Positions 56,201 to 64,000 of a stretch of 64,000 nucleotides of DNA are shown piece by piece. Every line of letters begins with the position of its first letter. Position 1 is the first letter of the stretch. Made by a program: the position numbers and the translations under genes. Origin of the DNA: Eledone cirrhosa (Eukaryota); assembly GCA_964016885.1 (NCBI GenBank), contig OZ024742.1, positions 185,814,001 through 185,878,000 on the forward strand, given 5' to 3'. The notes under the pieces are model-generated. The model was not told where the DNA came from, did not search any database, and saw nothing but the letters and a program-made list of their open reading frames with translations.

Positions 56201-59200
56201 TTGCTGTTGTTATTGTTGATGTTGCTGTTATTATTGTTGATGTTGCTGTTGTTATTGTTGATGTTGCTGTTGTTATTGTTGATATTGTTGATGTTGCTGT
56301 TATTATTGTTGATGTTGATATTGTTGATGTTGCTGTTGTTATTGTTGATGTTGCTGTTGTTATTGTTGTTATTGCTGTTGTTATTGTTGATGTTGCTGTT
56401 GTTATTGCTGTTGTTGCTGTTGTTATTGTTGATGTTGCTGTTGTTATTGTTGATGTTGCTGTTGTTATTGTTGAAGTTGCTGTTGTTATTGTTGATGTTG
56501 CTGTTGTTATTGTTGTTATTGCTGTTGTTATTGTTGATGTTGCTGTTGTTATTGTTGATGTACTGTTGTTATTGTTGATGTTGCTGTTGTTATTGTTGTT
56601 GTTGCTGTTGTTATTTCTGTTGTCGCTGTTGTTATTGTTGATGATGCTGATGTTATTGTTGTTGCTGTTGTTATTCTTGATGTTGCTGTTGTTATTGTTG
56701 ATGTTGCTGTTGCTGTTGTTGTTGTTGCTGTTATTATTGTTGATGTTGTTGTTGTTATTGTTGTTGCTGTTGTTATTGTTGATGTTGCTGATGTGATTGT
56801 TGTTGCTGTTGTTATTCTTGATGTTGCTGTTGTTATTGTTGATGTTGCTGTTGTTATTGTTGTTGTTGCTGTTGATATTGTTGTTGTTGCTGCTGTTATT
56901 GTTGATGTTGCTGTTGTTATTGTTGATGTTGCTGTTGTTATTGTTGTTGCTGTTGTTATTGTTGTTGTTGCTGTTGTTATTGCTGTTGTTGTTATTGTTG
57001 ATGTTGTTGTTGCTGTTGTTATTGTTGATGTTGTTGCTGTTATTGTTGTTATTGCTGTTGTTATTGTTGATGTTACTGTTGTTATTGTTGATGTTGCTGT
57101 TGTTATTGTTGATGTTGCTGTTGTTATTGTTGTTATTGCTGTTGTTATTGTTGTTATTGCTGTTGATATTTTTGTTGTTGCTGCTGTTATTGTTGATGTT
57201 GCTGTTGTTATTGTTGATGTTGCTGTTGTTATTGTTGTTGTAGGTGTTGTTATTGCTGATGTTGTTATTGTTGATGTTGTTGTTGATGTTGTTATTGTTG
57301 ATGTTGTTGTTGTTATTGTTGTTATTGCTGTTGATATTGTTGTTGTTGCTGTTGTTATTGTTGATGTTGCTGTAGTTATTGTTGTTGTTGCTGTTGTTAT
57401 TGTTGTTATTGCTGTTGTTATTGTTGATGTTGCTGTTGTTATTGTTGATGTTGCTGTTGTTATTGTTGATGTTGCTGTTGTTATTGTTGTTATTGCTGTT
57501 GTTATTGTTGATATTGCTGTTGTTATTGCTGATGTTGTTATTGTTGATGTTGTTATTGCTGTTGTTATTGTTGATGTTGCTGTTGTTATTGTTGATGTTG
57601 CTGTTGTTATTGTTGTTATTGCTGTTGTTATTGTTGATGTTGCTGTTGTTATTGTTGATGTTGCTGTTGTTGTCGTTGATGTTATTGTTGTTATTGCTGT
57701 CGTTATTGTTGATGTTGCTGTTGTTATTGTTGATGTTGCTGTTATTGTTGCTGTTGTTATTGTTGATGTTGTTGTTATTGTTGCTGTTGTTATTGTTGAT
57801 GTTGCTGTTATTATTGTTGATGTTGCTGTTGTTATTGTTGATGTTGCTGTTGTTATTGTTGATATTGTTGATGTTGCTGTTATTATTGTTGATGTTGATA
57901 TTGTTGATGTTGCTGTTGTTATTGTTGATGTTGCTGTTGTTATTGTTGTTATTGCTGTTGTTATTGTTGATGTTGCTGTTGTTATTGCTGTTGTTGCTGT
58001 TGTTATTGTTGATGTTGCTGTTGTTATTGTTGATGTTGCTGTTGTTATTGTTGAAGTTGCTGTTGTTATTGTTGATGTTGCTGTTGTTATTGTTGTTATT
58101 GCTGTTGTTATTGTTGATGTTGCTGTTGTTATTGTTGATGTACTGTTGTTATTGTTGATGTTGCTGTTGTTATTGTTGTTGTTGCTGTTGTTATTTCTGT
58201 TGTCGCTGTTGTTATTGTTGATGATGCTGATGTTATTGTTGTTGCTGTTGTTATTCTTGATGTTGCTGTTGTTATTGTTGATGTTGCTGTTGCTGTTGTT
58301 GATGTTGCTGTTATTATTGTTGATGTTGTTGTTGTTATTGTTGTTGCTGTTGTTATTGTTGATGTTGCTGATGTTATTGTTGTTGCTGTTGTTATTCTTG
58401 ATGTTGCTGTTGTTATTGTTGATGTTGCTGTTGTTATTGTTGTTGTTGCTGTTGATATTGTTGTTGTTGCTGCTGTTATTGTTGATGTTGCTGTTGTTAT
58501 TGTTGATGTTGCTGTTGTTATTGTTGTTGCTGTTGTTATTGTTGTTGTTGCTGTTGTTATTGCTGTTGTTGTTATTGTTGATGTTGTTGTTGCTGTTGTT
58601 ATTGTTGATGTTGTTGCTGTTATTGTTGTTATTGCTGTTGTTATTGTTGATGTTACTGTTGTTATTGTTGATGTTGCTGTTGTTATTGTTGATGTTGCTG
58701 TTGTTATTGTTGTTATTGCTGTTGTTATTGTTGTTATTGCTGTTGATATTGTTGTTGTTGCTGCTGTTATTGTTGATGTTGCTGTTGTTATTGTTGATGT
58801 TGCTGTTGTTATTGTTGTTGTAGGTGTTGTTATTGCTGATGTTGTTATTGTTGATGTTGTTGTTGATGTTGTTATTGTTGATGTTGTTGTTGTTATTGTT
58901 GTTATTGCTGTTGATATTGTTGTTGTTGCTGCTGTTATTGTTGATGTTGCTGTTGTTATTGTTGATGTTGCTGTAGTTATTGTTGTTGTTGCTGTTGTTA
59001 TTGTTGTTATTGCTGTTGTTATTGTTGATGTTGCTGTTGTTATTGTTGATGTTGCTGTTGTTATTGTTGATGTTGCTGTTGTTATTGTTGTTATTGCTGT
59101 TGTTATTGTTGATATTGCTGTTGTTATTGCTGATGTTGTTATTGTTGATGTTGTTATTGCTGTTGTTATTGTTGATGTTGCTGTTGTTATTGTTGATGTT

Positions 59201-62200
59201 GCTGTTGTTATTGTTGTTATTGCTGTTGTTATTGTTGATGTTGCTGTTGTTATTGTTGATGTTGCTGTTGTTGTTGTTGATGTTGCTGTTGTTATTGTTG
59301 TTATTGCTGTCGTTATTGTTGATATTGCTGTTGTTATTGTTGATGTTGCTGTTGTTGTCGTTGATGTTATTGTTGTTATTGCTGTCGTTATTGTTGACGT
59401 TGCTGTTGTTATTGTTGACGTTGCTGTTGTTTTTGTTGTTGTTGCTGTTGTTAATGCTGTTGTTATTGTTGATGTCGTTGTTGTTATTGTTGCTGTTGTT
59501 ATTGTTGATGTTGCTGTTGTTATTGTTGATGTAGCTGTTGTTATTGTTGATGTTGCTGTTGTTATTGTTGCTGTTGTTATTGTTGATGTAGCTGTTGTTA
59601 TTGTTGATGTTGCTGTTGTCATTGTTGATGTTGCTGTTGTTATTGTTGATATTGCTGTTGTTATTGTTGATGTTGCTGTTATTATTGTTAATGTTGTTAT
59701 TGTTGATGTTGCTGTTGTATTGTTGTTGCTGTTGTTATTGTTGTTGTGGTGTTATTTTTGATGTTGGTGTTGTTATTGTTGTTATTGTGGATATTGCATT
59801 TGTTATTGTTGATGTTGCTGTTATTATTGTTGATGTTGATGTTATTATTGTTGATGTTGCTGTTGTTATTGTTGATGTTGCTGTTGTTATTGTTGATATT
59901 GCTGTTGTTATTGTTGATGTTGCTGTTATTATTGTTAATGTTGTTATTGTTGATGCTGCTGTTGTTACTGTTGTTGCTTTTGTTATCGTTGTTACTGTCG
60001 TTATTTTTGATGTTGGTGATGTTATTGTTGTTGCTGTTGTTATTGTTGATGTTGCTGAAGTTATTGTTGTTGCTGTTGTTATTGTTGATGTTGCTGTTGT
60101 TATTGTTGATGTTGCTGTTCTTATTGTTGATGTTGTTGTTGTTATTGTTGTTGATGTTGTTATTGTTGATGTTGCTGATGTTATTGTTGTTGCTGCTGTT
60201 ATTGTTGATGTTGCTGTTGTTATTGTTGAGGTTGCTGTTGTTATTGTTGTTGCTGTTGTTATTGTTGTTGTTGCTGTTGTTATTGCTGATGTGATGTGTG
60301 CCGTTGTTATTGTTGTTGTTGGTGTTGTTATTGTTGATGTTGCTGTTGTTATTGTTGTTATTGCTGTTTTTATTGTTGATGTTGCTGTTGTTATTGTTAA
60401 TGTTGCTGTTGTTATTGTTGTTCTTGCTGTTGTTATTGTTGTTGTTGCCGTTGTTATTGCTGATTTTGCAGTTGTTTTTGTTGTTGTTGCTGTTGTTATT
60501 GTTGTTATTGCTGTTGTTAATGTTGATGTTGCTGTTGTTATTGTTGATGTTGCTGTTGTTATTGTTGTTATTGCTGTTGTTGTTGTTGTTGCCGTTGTTA
60601 TTGCTGATATTGCTGGTGTTATTGTTGTTGTTGCTGTTGTTATTGTTGAATGTTGCTGTTGTTATTGTTGTTATTGCTGTTATTATTGTTAATGTTGCTG
60701 TCGTTATTGTTGTTGCTGTTTTTATTGTTGATGTTGCTGTTGTTATTGTTGTTGTTGCTGTTGTTGATGTTGCTGTTGTTATTGTTGTTGCTGCTGTTGT
60801 TATTGTTGATGTTGCTGTTGTTATTGTTGATATTGCTGTTGTTATTGTTGTTATTGCTCTTGTTATTGGTGATGTTGCTGTTGTTATTGCTGATGTTGCT
60901 GTTGTTATTGTTGTTGTTGCTGTTGTTATTGTTGATGTCGCTGTTGTTATTGTTGTTATTGCTGTTGATATTGTTGTTGTTGCTGCTGCTATTGTTGATG
61001 TTGCTGTTGTTATTGTTGATTTTGCTGTAGTTATTGTTGTTGTTGCTGTTGTTATTGTTGTTATTGCTGTTGTTATTGTTGATGTTGCTGTTGTTATTGT
61101 TGATGTTGCTGTTGTTATTGTTGATGTTGCTGTTGTTATTGTTGATGTTGCTGTTGTTATTGTTGTTATTGCTGTTGTTATTGTTGATGTTGCTGTTGTT
61201 ATTGCTGATGTTGTTATTGTTGATGTTGATGTTGCTGTTGTTATTGTTGATGTTGCTGTTGTTATTTTTGATGTTGCTGTTGTTATTGTTGATGTTGCTG
61301 TTCTTATTGTTGATGTTGCTGTTGTTATTGTTGATGTTGCTGTTGTTATTGTTGTTGTTGTTGTTGTTGAAGTTGCTGTTGTTATTGTTGATGTTGCTGT
61401 TGTTATTGTTGATGTTGCTGTTGTTATTGTTGATGTTGCTGTTGTTATTGTTGTTATTGCTGTTGTTATTGTTGATGTTACTGTTGTTATTGTTGATGTT
61501 GCTATTGTTATTGTTGAAGTTTCTGTTGTTATTGTTGATGTTGCTGTTGTTATTGTTGTTATTGCTGTTGTTATTGTTGATGTTGCTGTTGTTATTGTTG
61601 ATGTTGCTGTTGTTATTGTTGTTATTGCTGTTGTTATTGTTGATGTTGCTGTTGTTATTGCTGTTGTTGCTGTTGTTATTGTTGATGTTGCTGTTGTTAT
61701 TGTTGTTGATATTGTTGTTGTTGCTGTTGTTATTGTTGATGTTGCTGTTGTTATTGTTGATGTTGCTGTTGTTATTGTTGATGTTGATGTTGTTCTTGTT
61801 GATGTTGTTATTGTTGATGTTGCTGTTGTTATTGTTGATGTTGCTGTTGTTATTGTTGCTGTTGTTATTGTTGAAGTTGCTGTTGTTATTGTTGATGTTG
61901 CTGTTGTTATTGATGATGTTGCTGTTGTTATTGTTGATGTTGCTGTTGTTATTGTTGATGTTGCTGTTGTTATTGTTGTTGATATTGTTGTTGTTGCTGT
62001 TGTTATTGTTGATGTTGCTGTTGTTATTGTTGATGTTGCTGTTGTTATTGTTGATGTTGTTATTGTTGATGTTGCTGTTGTTATTGTTGATGTTGCTGTT
62101 GTTATTGTTGCTGTTGTTATTGTTGAAGTTGCTGTTGTTATTGTTGATGTTGCTGTTGTTATTGATGATGTTGCTGTTGTTATTGTTGTTGTTGTTGTTG

Positions 62201-64000
62201 TTGAATTTCCTGTTGTTATTGTTGATGTTGCTGTTGTTATTGTTGATGTTGCTGTTGTTATTGTTGATGTTGCTGTTGTTATTGTTGTTATTGCTGTTGT
62301 TATTGTTGATGTTGCTGTTGTTATTGTTGATGTTGCTATTGTTATTGTTGAAGTTCCTGTTGTTATTGTTGATGTTGCTGTTGTTATTGTTGTTATTGCT
62401 GTTGTTATTGTTGATGTTGCTGTTGTTATTGTTGATGTTGCTGTTGTTATTGTTGTTATTGCTGTTGTTATTGTTGATGTTGCTGTTGTTATTGCTGTTG
62501 TTGCTGTTGTTATTGTTGATGTTGCTGTTGTTATTGTTGTTGATATTGTTGTTGTTGCTGTTGTTATTGTTGATGTTGCTGTTGTTATTGTTGATGTTGT
62601 GTTGTTATTGTTGTTGTTGTTGTTGTTGAAGTTGCTGTTGTTATTGTTGTTATTGGTGTTATTGCTGTTGTTATTGTTGATGTTGCTGTTGTTATTGTTG
62701 ATGTTGCTGTTGTTATTGTTGTTATTGCTGTTGTTATTGTTGATGTTGCTGTTGTTATTGCTGTTGTTGCTGTTGTTATTGTTGATGTTGCTGTTGTTAT
62801 TGTTGTTATTGCTGTTGTTATTGTTGATGTTGCTGTTGTTATTGTTGATGTTGCTGTTGTTATTGTTGTTGTTGTTGTTGTTTTTGAAGTTGCTGTTGTT
62901 ATTGTTGATGTTACTGTTGTTATTGTTGATGTTGCTGTTGTTATTGTTGATGTTGTTGTTGTTATTGTTGATGTTGCTGTTGTTATTGTTGTTATTGCTG
63001 TTGTTATTGGTGATGTTGCTGTTGTTATTGCTGTTGTTGCTGTTGTTATTGTTGATGTTGCTGTTGTTATTGTTGATGTTGCTGTTGTTATTGTTGAAGT
63101 TGCTGTTGTTATTGTTGATGTTGCTGTTGTTATTTTTGTTATTGCTGTTGTTATTGTTGATGTTGCTGTTGTTATTGTTGATGTTGCTGTTGTTATTGTT
63201 GTTATTACTGTTGTTATTGTTGATGTTGCTGTTGTTATTGTTGATGTTGCTGTTATTGTTGCTGTTGTTATTGTTGATGTTGTTGTTATTGCTGTTGTTA
63301 TTGTTGATGTTGCTGTTGTTATTGCTGATGTTACTGTTGTTATTGTTGTTGTTGCTGTTGTTATTGTTGTTATTGCTGTTGTTATTGTTGTTGTTGCCGT
63401 TGTTATTGCTGATGTTGCTGTTGTTATTGTTGTTGTTGCTGTTGTTATTGTTGATGTTGCTGTTGTTATTGTTGTTGCTGTTGTTATTGTTGATGTTGCT
63501 GTTGTTATTGTTGTTGCTGTTGTTATTGTTGATGTTGCTGTTGTTATTGTTGTTGTTGCTGTTGTATTGTTGATGTTGCTGTTGTTATTCTTGATGTTGC
63601 TGTTGTTATTGTTGATGTTGCTGTTGCTGTTGTTGTTGTTGCTGTTATTATTGTTGATGTTGTTGTTGTTATTGTTGTTGCTGTTGTTATTGTTGATGTT
63701 GCTGATGTGATTATTGTTGCTGTTGTTATTCTTGATGTTGCTGTTGTTATTGTTGATGTTGCTGTTGTTATTGTTGTTGTTGCTGTTGATATTGTTGTTG
63801 TTGCTGCTGTTATTGTTGATGTTGCTGTTGTTATTGTTGATGTTGCTGTTGTTATTGTTGTTGCTGTTGTTATTGTTGTTGTTGCTGTTGTTATTGCTGT
63901 TGTTGTTATTGTTGATGTTGTTGTTGCTGTTGTTATTGTTGATGTTGTTGCTGTTATTGTTGTTATTGCTGTTGTTATTGTTGATGTTACTGTTGTTATT
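50228..64000. repeat. >13.7-kb (TTG)n-derived satellite with 21-bp higher-order unit
   Basis: Dominant unit GTTGATGTTGCTGTTGTTATT; runs off the window end. Confidence 0.95.

Noticed and set aside
50176-63573. Very long ORFs (poly-V/L/N/T)
   Set aside because: Translations of a TTG triplet satellite; frame breaks and no domain or splice evidence

Overview
AT-rich, microsatellite-dense animal genomic DNA with no recognisable host gene. The SINE repertoire and microsatellite load suggest an octopus/cephalopod, but that is inference. Two Penelope-like retroelement (PLE; RT + GIY-YIG) families are present. One forms a ~5 kb head-to-head palindrome (1256-6255) and has a third 3' fragment at 40431-41371. 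The other is a decayed element bracketed by ~640-bp inverted pseudo-LTRs (34848-39217). The window also holds a third PLE relic, RTE and Tx1/L1 LINE fragments, many tRNA-type SINEs, mariner relics/MITEs, and large satellites (32-, 37-, 34-, ~11-bp units and a 14-kb TTG-derived array). The most notable signal lies in the short non-coding islands between (TA)n tracts. At least eight are fold-back palindromes, and at least six sequence-unrelated families carry type I hammerhead ribozyme folds (CUGANGA...GAAA-stem III-NUH). One family shows compensatory covariation between copies and another has a ~107-nt stem II insert. This looks like a diverse population of TA-targeted, hammerhead-bearing non-autonomous PLE/retrozyme-like elements. 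All folds were paired by eye and none has been tested. Long low-complexity ORFs in the track are repeat artefacts.
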